A DNA stretch of 64,000 bases from Acidobacteriota bacterium (GTDB lineage: Bacteria; Acidobacteriota; Blastocatellia; Chloracidobacteriales; JADJPF01): positions 518 through 64,517 of the forward strand of contig JACQZQ010000011.1 of the NCBI GenBank assembly GCA_016213785.1, in the 5' to 3' direction. The notes under the pieces were generated by a model. It was not told where the DNA came from and did no database searches. It saw only the letters and a list, made by a program, of their open reading frames with translations. Positions 45,960 to 55,834 of the stretch are shown here, piece by piece. Both the position numbers and the translations under genes were made by a program. Positions within the stretch are counted from its first letter, which is position 1. Every line of letters starts with the position of its first letter.

Positions 45960-47684
45960 CTATTTACAGTTGTTATAAAGAGTTAAAGATGGTTCTTCAC
46001 CTATTTTTTTTTCTAATATCCAAACTTTACGGTTTGAAAAATAATTTATAAGCTCACAATTTTTTTCTGGAGTCATAAATCTTGCCCAAACAATTTTTGC
46101 ATTATCAATATCTGCCTCATTATAAACCCACTCAGCCTCAACATTATGACCAGGCCAATACTTAACAATAACTAAATGTTGCTGAGGTTCTCTTTTAAGC
46201 TGAGAAATTATTTTTTCTCTTTTAATACTCCAGCTAGGAAAGCTTGTGCGGGGCAATTCCCAAAAACTAGGATTAACATACATAAAAGGATCTAATTTTA
46301 AGGCTATTGGGAGAATAATTAAACAAATACAATAAATTGGAATAGAGCAAACAATAAATTTTCCTATAAAGTATTTGCGTAAGCGCCAGCTATAGATTTT
46401 GCGTAAAGATTGTACAATAAGAAAATAGATAAGACAGGTGCCTGGGGCCGCATAATGTGGATAGCTCCAAATAACTTGAAGCATTCCTATAACTAAAACA
46501 AAATAGCTTAGTAAAGCAAAACGAACCCAAGAATTTCTTGCCAAAAAAGGTAAAACAAAAATTATTAATGTAAAGGGCATATCTAAGAAAAAGCTAAATA
46601 AATTAGATAGTTTTAATAAAGAAAAATTAACAAAATTTTCTAATCCTTGGTTTGAGCGATAAAAAGAACCTATTATATCTTCATAAACAAAACGTATTTC
46701 CTCATGATTATAATTTATTATTTTGTTTTTAGGTTTTGTCCAAATAAATGTAGTTAAATTGTTATAAATATCTTGAGAAGCTTGGTAAGGCATTAATAAA
46801 GGATTTCCAGTAATTCTCCAGTTATAATAACCCATCATTAAAGTTACAATAAAAAGCAAAATACTTAGGGGTAAGATGATTTCTTTAAGCGTTTGTTTAA
46901 AGGGAGGTGATTTTTTACTTATAAGCCAAAATATTAAAAATCCGCTAGCAGGTAAACTTAAAATTAAACCTTCATAAGGTCTAGTATTAGCTAAAATTGC
47001 TAAGCCTAAACCAAGGAGTAATGCATTACTTTTTTTAGGTTGTTTAACTATTTGACGTAATGCCCCAAATAATAAAGAGCCTCCAATAGTAGCAACAGCA
47101 CCGCCCCAATAGCTTTGGCTCCAATAACTAAACAAACCAAGTTTTAAGACCATCAATAAAGCACCTAAAAAAGCCCAGCGAGCAGGCACCCAGGCTTGTA
47201 ACATCCAACAAACAGCAACACGTGCCATACTAAACCAAACGCCTACAATAGGATAACCAGTTAAAACCTGTCCTAATGCCAAAGCTAAGCCTTGGCCTGG
47301 AGGGTATTGGGAATTATAAGTAGGTTGGGATAGGACAAAAATAGTTTCAAAATGTACCCACATTGGATGAGCAGGATTTGTTAACCTTCCTCTTGAAAAT
47401 GTATCTGCTGCAAGTAGATAGCTAAACTCATCGTGTATAACAGGTATAGGCCAGGAAAAAAGTAAAGAAATAGTAGCACTCCCTAAAAATGCTAAAACTC
47501 CTACTAGGATTAACCCTAAGGTTTTTTTATAGGCTATTTTATTAAATAATTTTTCTAGATTTGTTACCTGATTCTTAAAAAGTAGCCCTATAGTAATGGC
47601 GATTATAGCTATTACTATTGGCCCGATTGCCTTAAAGTTACCACAAAAATCTGCTGCCTCTAATGATGTCATTTTTGTTAACAT
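45960..47684 (-). CDS. polytopic membrane protein, GT-C-fold glycosyltransferase-like
   Basis: More than 10 TM helices. An acidic first-loop motif (IHDEFSY) resembles the DE/DD motif of ArnT/PMT-type GT-C enzymes. It has a soluble C-terminal domain. Confidence 0.5.
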   Translation of the reverse strand: MLTKMTSLEAADFCGNFKAIGPIVIAIIAITIGLLFKNQVTNLEKLFNKIAYKKTLGLILVGVLAFLGSATISLLFSWPIPVIHDEFSYLLAADTFSRGRLTNPAHPMWVHFETIFVLSQPTYNSQYPPGQGLALALGQVLTGYPIVGVWFSMARVAVCWMLQAWVPARWAFLGALLMVLKLGLFSYWSQSYWGGAVATIGGSLLFGALRQIVKQPKKSNALLLGLGLAILANTRPYEGLILSLPASGFLIFWLISKKSPPFKQTLKEIILPLSILLFIVTLMMGYYNWRITGNPLLMPYQASQDIYNNLTTFIWTKPKNKIINYNHEEIRFVYEDIIGSFYRSNQGLENFVNFSLLKLSNLFSFFLDMPFTLIIFVLPFLARNSWVRFALLSYFVLVIGMLQVIWSYPHYAAPGTCLIYFLIVQSLRKIYSWRLRKYFIGKFIVCSIPIYCICLIILPIALKLDPFMYVNPSFWELPRTSFPSWSIKREKIISQLKREPQQHLVIVKYWPGHNVEAEWVYNEADIDNAKIVWARFMTPEKNCELINYFSNRKVWILEKKIGEEPSLTLYNNCK

Positions 47685-47967
47685 ACCTAAAAAACCTTTA
47701 GAACAATTATCTTAATGGGCTAAAAAAATTACAAAACAAAAAACAATAAAAGTAATTATTTTAATAGTTTCTAGAACTATACTTAAATAAAAAATAACAG
47801 GAAATAAGATTATTACTTGTATTTTTGTAGTCTATTATCTTCTAAAGTTTTTAAGCTTAGAATCTCTAAATCCTATTCACGCTTTAATCTAATCAGTTTA
47901 TACTTCTGCGCAAAATTTATTTTATATTCTTTAGGAAAAGGAATATTTTTTAGGGGGAGATGCTTAC

Positions 47968-49392
47968 ATGTTAGCAATGAAGTTCGGAGGTACGTCTGTT
48001 GGGGACGCAAATAGAATTGCTGAAGTAGTAAAAATTATTCAATCAGAAAAAGAGCGTACACCGAAAATAATCGCAGTTGTTTCAGCTATGAGCGGAGTAA
48101 CTAATAGTTTATTAGCTGCTGCTAAAGCTGCTACAGAAGGTAAACAAGCTGAGTATGAAAAACTCTGTCAAGAGTTATTACGTAAGCATCGTCTTGCGGT
48201 CTTAGAACTAGTAAAAGATGCTCTTAAATGCGAAGAACTATTAAAAGAAATAGAGTCAATGATTGAGCAAAATTGTAGCCGTTTATGCTATGGAATACAG
48301 ATTTTAGGAGAAGCCTCACCTCGTGCTCTTGATGCAATAGCCTCGCTTGGCGAAAGGCTTTCTGCACGCTTAGTTGCTGCTGCACTAAATGAGGCAGGAG
48401 TAAAAGCAGCTTTTGTAGAGGCTACAGAACTAATTGTTACAGATGATAATTTTGGTGATGCTGCACCTCAAATGCTTGAAACCCAAGCTAAGACTCAAGC
48501 AAAACTCTTACCTCTCTTAGAGGCTGGGATAGTTCCAATAATCACAGGTTTTATTGGTGCTACTCCTAGTGGGATTACTACTACTTTAGGGCGTGGAGGC
48601 TCAGATTATTCAGTAGGAATTATTGGTGCTTGCTTAAAGGCTGATGAAGTGTGGATTTGGACAGATGTTGACGGGGTAATGAGTGCTGATCCTTCTATTG
48701 TCCCAGATGCACATACTTTAGCAGAAATGACTTATAGCGAAGCTGCTGAACTTTCTTACTATGGCGCTAAAGTACTCTACCCTAAGACTATTCTTCCAGT
48801 TGTAAAAGATGAGATTCCTTTGCTAATAAAAAATAGCTTTTTTCCTCAAAAAGCAGGAACTCGTATTGCAGCAAAGTCTTCTAGTAGTGATAGCGATGTA
48901 AAAGCAATAAGTTCTATTAAGAATATTAGCTTAATTACAATTAGCGGTCGTGGAATGATGGGTGTTCCTGGAATTGCAGCAAAAACTTTTACTGCTGTAG
49001 CTAGCCAAAATGTAAATATTTTAATGATCTCTCAATCTTCTTCAGAAAATAATATTTGTTTTGTAATTAATACTTCTGAAGTAGAACGCACTTGTCAGGT
49101 TTTAAGACGTGCCTTAGAAGTTGAATTTCATCATAAACATGTAGAGGATATCCAAGTCCAAAATAACGTAGCTATTATTGCTGTAGTTGGTGAGAAAATG
49201 AAAGGGACTCCAGGAATTGCAGCTAGGATTTTTGGTGCTGTTGGGCGTAGCGATGCTAATGTAATAGCTATTGCACAAGGTTCGTCAGAAATAAATATTT
49301 CTTTTGTTATTCACCAAAGTGATATCCCTAAAGTTGTTAAAGCTGTTCATGATGAGTTTAAATTAGGACAAAAAAATAAGGCAGACACTTAG
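47968..49392 (+). CDS. lysC: aspartate kinase with tandem ACT domains
   Basis: MKFGGTSVG, GRGGSDY and two ACT-like repeats. gggggag lies 8 nt before the ATG. Confidence 0.9.
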   Translation: MLAMKFGGTSVGDANRIAEVVKIIQSEKERTPKIIAVVSAMSGVTNSLLAAAKAATEGKQAEYEKLCQELLRKHRLAVLELVKDALKCEELLKEIESMIEQNCSRLCYGIQILGEASPRALDAIASLGERLSARLVAAALNEAGVKAAFVEATELIVTDDNFGDAAPQMLETQAKTQAKLLPLLEAGIVPIITGFIGATPSGITTTLGRGGSDYSVGIIGACLKADEVWIWTDVDGVMSADPSIVPDAHTLAEMTYSEAAELSYYGAKVLYPKTILPVVKDEIPLLIKNSFFPQKAGTRIAAKSSSSDSDVKAISSIKNISLITISGRGMMGVPGIAAKTFTAVASQNVNILMISQSSSENNICFVINTSEVERTCQVLRRALEVEFHHKHVEDIQVQNNVAIIAVVGEKMKGTPGIAARIFGAVGRSDANVIAIAQGSSEINISFVIHQSDIPKVVKAVHDEFKLGQKNKADT

Positions 49393-49441
49393 AATATATT
49401 AGAAATTAAATTAAATATAAGTTCTTAATAAAGGGTTATTT

Positions 49442-50047
49442 ATGAGTTTATTTTTTAGATTTATTATGGTTTGCTTTTTACTACTAGTTTTAATTTTGCC
49501 TTTTAATAGCCAAGCACAAAATCATTTTCTAGAAACTCAAAGTAAAAATTATGTTACCCTTTCTGCTGGAATAGACCAACTTAAAGAACAATTTAATAGA
49601 GATCAAGGCAAAACAAGACTTTTAATGGTTCTTTCTCCTGGTTGAGGTGAATGCCTTGGGGGGGCTTCCCAAGTGACTAAAAAAGTACTTAAAACTATTA
49701 AAGATCCTAACTTAAGAGTTTATGTTGTCTGGCTACCAATCTTACGTAAAGATAACGAAGGGCGTGTTCCTAAAGCTGCTGCAACTGTTTCTGATATACG
49801 TGCCACGAATTATTGGGATGGGGAAAAAAAACTTGCTAGAGATTTTGCTGAAACTCTTGAATTTACTGATAAAAGCCAACCTGCTTGGGATATTTATTTA
49901 GTTTATGGAAAAGATACTAAATGGGAAACAACAGCACCTAAACCTAATTATTGGATGCATCAATTGGAAGATTTTCCAAAAGATAATAAACTAGACGCAA
50001 CAAAATTATCTAAGGAAATAGAAAGATATCTAACTACTAATGAATAA
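49442..50047 (+). CDS. candidate selenoprotein: secreted thioredoxin-fold protein with in-frame UGA (49643..49645) in a U-G-E-C motif
   Basis: ORFs 49442..49645 and 49673..50047 are in the same frame with only one stop (TGA) between them. Read-through gives ..RLLMVLSPG-U-GECLGGASQVTKKVLKTI..LRVYVVWLP.., a beta1/CxxC/alpha1/beta2 layout. The signal peptide is only on the upstream part. The second ORF has only a GTG start and no RBS. Confidence 0.55.
49655..49673 (+). promoter_or_regulatory. SECIS-like stem-loop downstream of the in-frame UGA
   Basis: cttggg / cccaag forms a 6-bp stem with the G-rich loop ggggctt. The stem starts 9 nt after the UGA and the loop starts 16 nt after it. The element is unusually GC-rich for this AT-rich DNA. 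Confidence 0.4.
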
Positions 50048-50152
50048 AAAGCCTAGAAACTTTCTAAAAAGCTATTAGTTTAATATCTAAAAAATACTGA
50101 ATAAATATGATAAACAATGCCCAGTGTTAATATACTGGGCAAATAAATTTTT

Positions 50153-53100
50153 ATGGGAAAACGCAAAGAAGAAGAGCTAGCAGCAAAATTAGCAGAATTA
50201 AGAAATTCAGAAACCTTTTCTTTGCTTAGCGCAACTGAAATGGTTGAGCAAATAGCTGCTTTTCTTGACCATGGGCTAATGAATGAAGCTATTGCTAAGC
50301 AACGTCGTTTGCCACCACCTCTAAACATAGAACAGGCTGTAGTTTATGCCCAGCTACGCTCAGATATTGCTAATCATTTTGCTAAACATGGTTATTATGC
50401 TGGTGTTTTAGACGTACTCCAACCTTATGATACAGTGCCTTCTAGAGTAAGACTACCTATAAAAGAAAGAGCTTTAATTAGCTTACAACTTGCTGAGGCC
50501 TACTCAGTTAATCATAATTATCCTTCTGCAATAGGTCTACTAAATGAATCTATTAAATATAGCACTCAATCAGGCGAAAAAAGTCTAGAGTCTAAAGCAC
50601 AGTATCATTTAGGGGCAGTATATTTTAACCTTGGTGAATATACTATAGCTCAAGATCACTTAAAACAAGCTCTTAGGCTTTTTAGTAAGCTAGGAGATCA
50701 TATTGGCGAAGCCCAAGCCTATCTTTATTTGGGACGGGTTTTACTTGAATTAGGCGAGTTTGATAAAAGCATAGAGATTGCAGAAAAAGCAATTAAAATT
50801 AGTACAGAAATTAATTTAGAAAGTATCCAAATACAGGCAAAAGTTCAAATTGGCACAGTCTGGCTTAGGCAAGGAAAAGTAAGAAACGCTATAGGTTTTT
50901 ATGAAATAGCATTAAAAAAATATGAGCAAGAAAATAAATCAAGCCTAGCAATTCAAACCTTTAATAACTTAGCTTATGGATTGATAATTAGTGGTAATTG
51001 GCTGCAAGCAGAGCATTTACTTGAAAAAAGCTTAACTCTAGCTCGTCAAAATCAAGATGATTATGCTGAAGCTTTTTCACTTGCTCAATTTGGCTTACTT
51101 TATAATTTAACAGGCCGTATTAACGAAGCTAAACCAACATTAAATTTTGCCTTAGAGCTATCTAAGCAATTTAGAGCTAAAGACTTAGAAAGCTTATCAG
51201 AAATTAACTTAGGTAAGCTATATTTATCTTTGGGTGAAAAAGCACTTGCTTTAACTCACTTAAAAGCTGGGATAGACATAGCCTTAACTATTAATCGTAT
51301 TGATTATGCAATAGAAGCAGAAATAGCTTTTATTTTGTTATGTTTAGAAGAGGGTAAATTAGTACAAGCTCAAAATGCCTTAGAACAAGCTTATGACTGG
51401 CTTAAAAAACAGAAAAATTTTTTACTAGAAGGAAAACTTATCTTTTTAGAAGCAAAACTAGCTTTTGAGAAAAAACAAGAAGCTTTAACTAAACTTAATC
51501 AAGCTTATGAAATTTTTGAAGTTTTTTCCTCGCCTTTGGAAAAAGCATTATGTTTATTTGAACGAGCACAAATATTAAAGACTAAGTTAGGGGCTAATAG
51601 AAAAATTTTTTCAGATTTAACACGTGCTCAAGATCTTTTTGAGCAAATAGGGGCTAAGCCGCTTTTAGAAAAAACAAATTATTTACTAAAAGAGTTATTT
51701 CCAGAAGCTAAAAATAATGAGATAAACTGTCTAAATAAAGAACTTATAGAAGAAAGAGAACAACTAACAAATCTCTTAAGAATTTCTTTAGATAAAGAAG
51801 AATTATTAAAAGAAATAGTCTTACTTTTACAAAAACAATCTCAAGCCGACCTTGTTGGAATTTTTGAGCTTAATAGCTTAGAAAACCAAGCTAAGTTAAT
51901 TTTTGCAACTAAAGACCTAGAGTTACTCACAAATGAACTTCAAAGACGTTTACAAGTTGCTTTATTAAATAAAAAAGTGGGCTGGATTGATGGCCGAAGT
52001 AAAGATGAACCCCTTTATTTAGCTTCGTTTACAAATAGCCCAGAAAAACCATTGATTTTACTTTTTTGGGGAATTTCACCAAAAATAGTTTTAGAGGAGT
52101 CTTTAGAGTCTTCTATTAATTTAGCTAAAGAAATATTTAATCTATCTAACTTAAAACCTGTGCTAGAACTAGAGCCAAGAATAGAAATTAAAGAAGAAAT
52201 TGAAATAGGTAAATTAAAGAATTTTAATAACTTACCAGAACTGGTTTATTCAAGCCGTAAAATGTCAGAGCTAATAGAACAAATTACTAGAATCCACTCT
52301 AGTGATTTAACAGTACTGATTACAGGTGAATCAGGAACAGGAAAAGACTTAATAGCAAAAGCAGTTCATTCTGTTAGTGAAAGACGTAATAGGCCATTTT
52401 CTCCTTTTAATTGTACTGCTACACCACAAGAAATTGTTGAGGCTCAGCTTTTTGGATATCGAAAAGGCGCTTTTACAGGTGCAAATATTGATTATGAAGG
52501 AGTAATTCGTGCTGTTGATGGTGGAACACTGCTACTTGATGAAATTGGAGATTTACGCCTAGATATTCAGCCCAAGTTACTACGCTTTTTACAGGATGGA
52601 GAAATTCAACCTATTGGTTATGCTAGACCTATTAGAGTAAATGTAAGAATAATTGCTAGTACTAATCGAGATTTAGAGAAAATGGTAGAAAAGGGCGAGT
52701 TTCGTGAAGATCTTTATCACCGGTTAAATATCTTAAGGCTTTTTGTATCGCCTTTAAGACAAAGACGTGAAGAGATTTTGCCACTAGCACAATATTTTCT
52801 TAAATTAAGCTGTGAACGTACAAATAAAAATCTAGCTTTTAGTCCTGAAATGTTAATGTTAATAGAATCTTATGATTGGCCTGGAAATATTCGTCAATTA
52901 AAAAATGAAATTGAGCGTATTGTAGCTTTTGCAAGCGAAAATGAAAAATTAGGGAAAAATCAACTTTCTCAAGAAATACTTCAAGCTACAGCAAATCTAA
53001 AACGAACAAGACAGTTATTAGAAACAACTCCAAATATCCAATTCCAAACAGGAACAAGTTTAGACGAAATTTTAATGCAGACTGAAAAACAAATTATTCA

Positions 53101-53212
53101 AAAAAGCTTAAAACAATGCCGTAATAATATCCGACAAACTGCTGCTTTATTAGGTATTTCTAGAAAAGGTTTATACGATAAAATAAAGCGTCTTAAAATT
53201 CGGTTGGCTTAG
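50153..53212 (+). CDS. sigma-54-dependent transcriptional activator with about 650-aa N-terminal TPR/GAF-like sensory region
   Basis: AAA+ core GESGTGKD, GAFTGA loop, DEIGD Walker B and the C-terminal Fis-type HTH (IRQTAALLGISRKGLYDKIKRL). Many TPR-like repeats are N-terminal. There is no REC domain. Confidence 0.85.
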   Translation: MGKRKEEELAAKLAELRNSETFSLLSATEMVEQIAAFLDHGLMNEAIAKQRRLPPPLNIEQAVVYAQLRSDIANHFAKHGYYAGVLDVLQPYDTVPSRVRLPIKERALISLQLAEAYSVNHNYPSAIGLLNESIKYSTQSGEKSLESKAQYHLGAVYFNLGEYTIAQDHLKQALRLFSKLGDHIGEAQAYLYLGRVLLELGEFDKSIEIAEKAIKISTEINLESIQIQAKVQIGTVWLRQGKVRNAIGFYEIALKKYEQENKSSLAIQTFNNLAYGLIISGNWLQAEHLLEKSLTLARQNQDDYAEAFSLAQFGLLYNLTGRINEAKPTLNFALELSKQFRAKDLESLSEINLGKLYLSLGEKALALTHLKAGIDIALTINRIDYAIEAEIAFILLCLEEGKLVQAQNALEQAYDWLKKQKNFLLEGKLIFLEAKLAFEKKQEALTKLNQAYEIFEVFSSPLEKALCLFERAQILKTKLGANRKIFSDLTRAQDLFEQIGAKPLLEKTNYLLKELFPEAKNNEINCLNKELIEEREQLTNLLRISLDKEELLKEIVLLLQKQSQADLVGIFELNSLENQAKLIFATKDLELLTNELQRRLQVALLNKKVGWIDGRSKDEPLYLASFTNSPEKPLILLFWGISPKIVLEESLESSINLAKEIFNLSNLKPVLELEPRIEIKEEIEIGKLKNFNNLPELVYSSRKMSELIEQITRIHSSDLTVLITGESGTGKDLIAKAVHSVSERRNRPFSPFNCTATPQEIVEAQLFGYRKGAFTGANIDYEGVIRAVDGGTLLLDEIGDLRLDIQPKLLRFLQDGEIQPIGYARPIRVNVRIIASTNRDLEKMVEKGEFREDLYHRLNILRLFVSPLRQRREEILPLAQYFLKLSCERTNKNLAFSPEMLMLIESYDWPGNIRQLKNEIERIVAFASENEKLGKNQLSQEILQATANLKRTRQLLETTPNIQFQTGTSLDEILMQTEKQIIQKSLKQCRNNIRQTAALLGISRKGLYDKIKRLKIRLA

Positions 53213-53228
53213 AAAATAGGAAAAATCT

Positions 53229-53831
53229 ATGATTGCATATTTAAGTGGCAAACTCTTAGTCAAAGCTACTAATTTGGTAGTTATTGATGTAAATGGTGTA
53301 GGTTATGAGGTGCAAATTCCACTTTCAACTTATTATGATCTTGGGGAGATGGGTACTACTGTTTCATTACAAATTTATACTCAAGTCAGAGAGGATGCTA
53401 TTCAGTTATTTGGGTTTCGGACTGGGCTAGAAAAAGAAATTTTTCTTAAACTTTTGAGTGTTAGCGGTGTAGGGCCTAAACTGGCCTTAACTCTACTTTC
53501 TGGAATGAGTGCTGAAGAATTAACACAAGCTATTCTTGGAGGTAACTTAGTTCAACTTACAGGCATTCCAGGTGTTGGCCGTAAAACAGCAGAACGCCTA
53601 ATTTTAGAATTAAAAGATAAGCTAAAGTCTTTATCTACAACAGAAATAAGCCAAGGCCAAAGTGTTACAAATAATGATATTTCATTAAAATCAGATGTAG
53701 TTTCAGCTTTAATTAATCTAGGCTGGCAACAAGCAATGGCAGAAAAAGCTGTTAATGCTACACTAAAAGAAGAATCTAAGCGTGATTTTCAATTAATCTT
53801 AAAACAGTCATTAAAAAAACTGTATCGCTAA
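53229..53831 (+). CDS. ruvA: Holliday junction branch-migration complex subunit RuvA
   Basis: MIAYLSGKL...GVGYEV, HhH motifs SVSGVGPKLAL and GIPGVGRKTAERL. Confidence 0.92.
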   Translation: MIAYLSGKLLVKATNLVVIDVNGVGYEVQIPLSTYYDLGEMGTTVSLQIYTQVREDAIQLFGFRTGLEKEIFLKLLSVSGVGPKLALTLLSGMSAEELTQAILGGNLVQLTGIPGVGRKTAERLILELKDKLKSLSTTEISQGQSVTNNDISLKSDVVSALINLGWQQAMAEKAVNATLKEESKRDFQLILKQSLKKLYR

Positions 53832-53852
53832 ATTATTAAAGCTATTGGAATT

Positions 53853-55790
53853 ATGAGAGTTGTTTTTTTAATATTTTCTTTGTTACTAAGTTTTTCTATT
53901 ACCAAAGGTCAAGTAACATCAACAAATAATGCCACTTCGCTAGCTGAAACAAAATCTCTAGCAATGCCTGATTTAATGCTAGATGTTCAAGTAGAGTTTG
54001 CTCGTATTGGCGATCTTCGTGCTGATGAAAGAGTTAAAGAACTTCCTGTTTTTATTAAAAAATGGTCAAATACCCCACTTGCTTTTGCTGCTCAAGAGTC
54101 TTTACTCAGAGCACGTGCAGCTTTAGCAGAAACTTATCTTAAGCAACAAAGAATTGAAACGGCTTTAACAGAATTTCAAATTGCTATTAATGAATTTCCT
54201 AAACCCTTAAGCGATCGCACTTTTAGCACAATGCTAGCTTTTGCTCTAACAATTTTTAATCATGGTTTTCGTAAAGAAGCCCTAGAATTTATAAAACAAT
54301 TTGAAAGTAGTGCAGGAGAACAACCTAATCGATTAGCACAGATTGCTACATTTTATCTTAGTGCTGAAAATGGTCAAGAAGCCCAACGTATTTTGGCTAA
54401 AGTAGTAGAATTAGAGCCTAAAACATCAAAATATTATTATGCTTTAGGAAATGCTTACCTTATTCAACTTAAGCTAAAAGAAGCAAAAGCAGCTTTTCAA
54501 CAAACTATCAATCTAGAGCCAAAACATCCATTAGCTTTTGCTAGTTTAGCAACGCTCTATCGTGCAGAAAAATCTTTAGAAGATGCTATAGCACTTTATA
54601 AAAGACAACTTGAAGTAACACCTGAAAGTGAAGTGGCACATGCAGGGCTTGCAATTAGTTATTTACTTACTAAACAAGATGATTTAGCCACAGAAGAACT
54701 TGCTAAACAATTTGCAATTTCACCAAGAGACTTTCATCTTTTTACTCAACTTGGCTATTTATCGGCAACTCGTAATGATTATAAGAAAGCTAGAAGTTGG
54801 GCAGAACTTGCTTTATCTATCGCCCCAACCTATGCATGGGCAAGAATAGTTTTAGCTAATAGTTTGGTTGCTCAAGGTGAGTTTTCATCTGCTGAAGAGG
54901 TTTTATCAGATATTGTTGTAAGAGGTACAAATTTTCCTACTCTACAACTTGAAATTACACATTCACTACTTTTAGCTGAAAATTTTGATGGTGCTTTTGA
55001 ACAAACAGAACAGTTTCTTAAAATTACTCCTGAAGGTAATTTTGAGGCTCAAGTAGGAGGGCAGTTGGTAAACTCACGTAGTCTAAAGTCTTTGCTAGAA
55101 AAAGAAAGGCAAGCTGCAATTGCCCTACCAGATAGTTTAATTTCTGATGAGCATTATAAATTAATAGAGGGTTTTCTTAAATTTCAGTTTTATTTAAGTA
55201 AATTAAAAGAAAAGCCTTTACAAAACAATGAAACAGAAGTCCTAGGACGTAGACAACGAGCAGAAATTCAAGTACGTGCCTTAGAAGCCTTAACATATTT
55301 TCTAGGTGTTAAAGATGAAAGAATTGCATTTCGCAAAATGTGGGTAGCTCAAGAATTATTTCAAACAGACATAGCTCTAGAACGTGCAGTAGAAATTTCT
55401 ACAGAGCTAGTTAAAGAAGCTGAAAATGCTACAAGAGCAGAAGGCTCTATTCGTGAAGCCCCAGACCTAGATTTTTCAAAAAGACAAGCCCTTTTTCGTG
55501 CTCGTGCCTACCATTTATTAGGGCAAATACGCTTTAAGCAAGGGCAACTAGAAGAGGCAACTAAAATACTAAAGATGGCAGTTGATAATTTTTCTGTAGG
55601 CCCAGAGCAAAGAATAGCAATTTCTCATCTAGCTACTGTAACGCAAACATCTGGTAATGATAAAGAGGCTCTAAGTTTATATATTAAAAGCTATAATAAA
55701 TATGATGAGAATGCTACAGTCCAAAAATCAATGATTGAAAATCTTTACCGTAAAGTTCATGGTTCTTTAGAAGGATTAGAATTAAAATAA
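53853..55790 (+). CDS. secreted TPR-repeat protein
   Basis: Signal peptide plus multiple TPR-like repeats (e.g. YYYALGNAYLIQLKLKEAKAAFQQTINLEPKH). Confidence 0.7.
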   Translation: MRVVFLIFSLLLSFSITKGQVTSTNNATSLAETKSLAMPDLMLDVQVEFARIGDLRADERVKELPVFIKKWSNTPLAFAAQESLLRARAALAETYLKQQRIETALTEFQIAINEFPKPLSDRTFSTMLAFALTIFNHGFRKEALEFIKQFESSAGEQPNRLAQIATFYLSAENGQEAQRILAKVVELEPKTSKYYYALGNAYLIQLKLKEAKAAFQQTINLEPKHPLAFASLATLYRAEKSLEDAIALYKRQLEVTPESEVAHAGLAISYLLTKQDDLATEELAKQFAISPRDFHLFTQLGYLSATRNDYKKARSWAELALSIAPTYAWARIVLANSLVAQGEFSSAEEVLSDIVVRGTNFPTLQLEITHSLLLAENFDGAFEQTEQFLKITPEGNFEAQVGGQLVNSRSLKSLLEKERQAAIALPDSLISDEHYKLIEGFLKFQFYLSKLKEKPLQNNETEVLGRRQRAEIQVRALEALTYFLGVKDERIAFRKMWVAQELFQTDIALERAVEISTELVKEAENATRAEGSIREAPDLDFSKRQALFRARAYHLLGQIRFKQGQLEEATKILKMAVDNFSVGPEQRIAISHLATVTQTSGNDKEALSLYIKSYNKYDENATVQKSMIENLYRKVHGSLEGLELK

Positions 55791-55834
55791 GCCCCTAATT
55801 TTTATTAGGTTAATTTTAGTATAGAGGTGTTAGG

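Noticed and set aside
47685-47967. Possible lysine (L-box) riboswitch in the 283-bp region upstream of aspartate kinase.
   Set aside because: I could not find the conserved L-box core elements or any extended GC-containing helices. The region is almost pure A/T. An Rfam scan would settle it.
49658-49664. A G7 homopolymer just after the in-frame TGA, as a possible frameshift or slippage explanation for the split ORFs 49442..49645 and 49673..50047.
   Set aside because: Both ORFs are in the same frame, so no frameshift is needed to join them and only the TGA separates them. The G-run instead forms part of the stem and loop of the hairpin.
50080-50328. An 82-aa minus-strand ORF overlapping the start of the sigma-54 activator. 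The same judgement applies to the other nested or antisense track ORFs at 4917..5147, 6492..6692, 6931..7125, 12882..13079, 13209..13454, 15267..15497, 17491..17787, 17493..17684, 18867..19055, 19455..19646, 25887..26144, 27134..27442, 28385..28663, 31757..32035, 37793..37984, 47817..48014, 55933..56118, 56212..56487, 56865..57062 and 59809..60003.
   Set aside because: All lie inside or antisense to longer ORFs that carry clear family motifs. They have no RBS and have low-complexity or odd composition.
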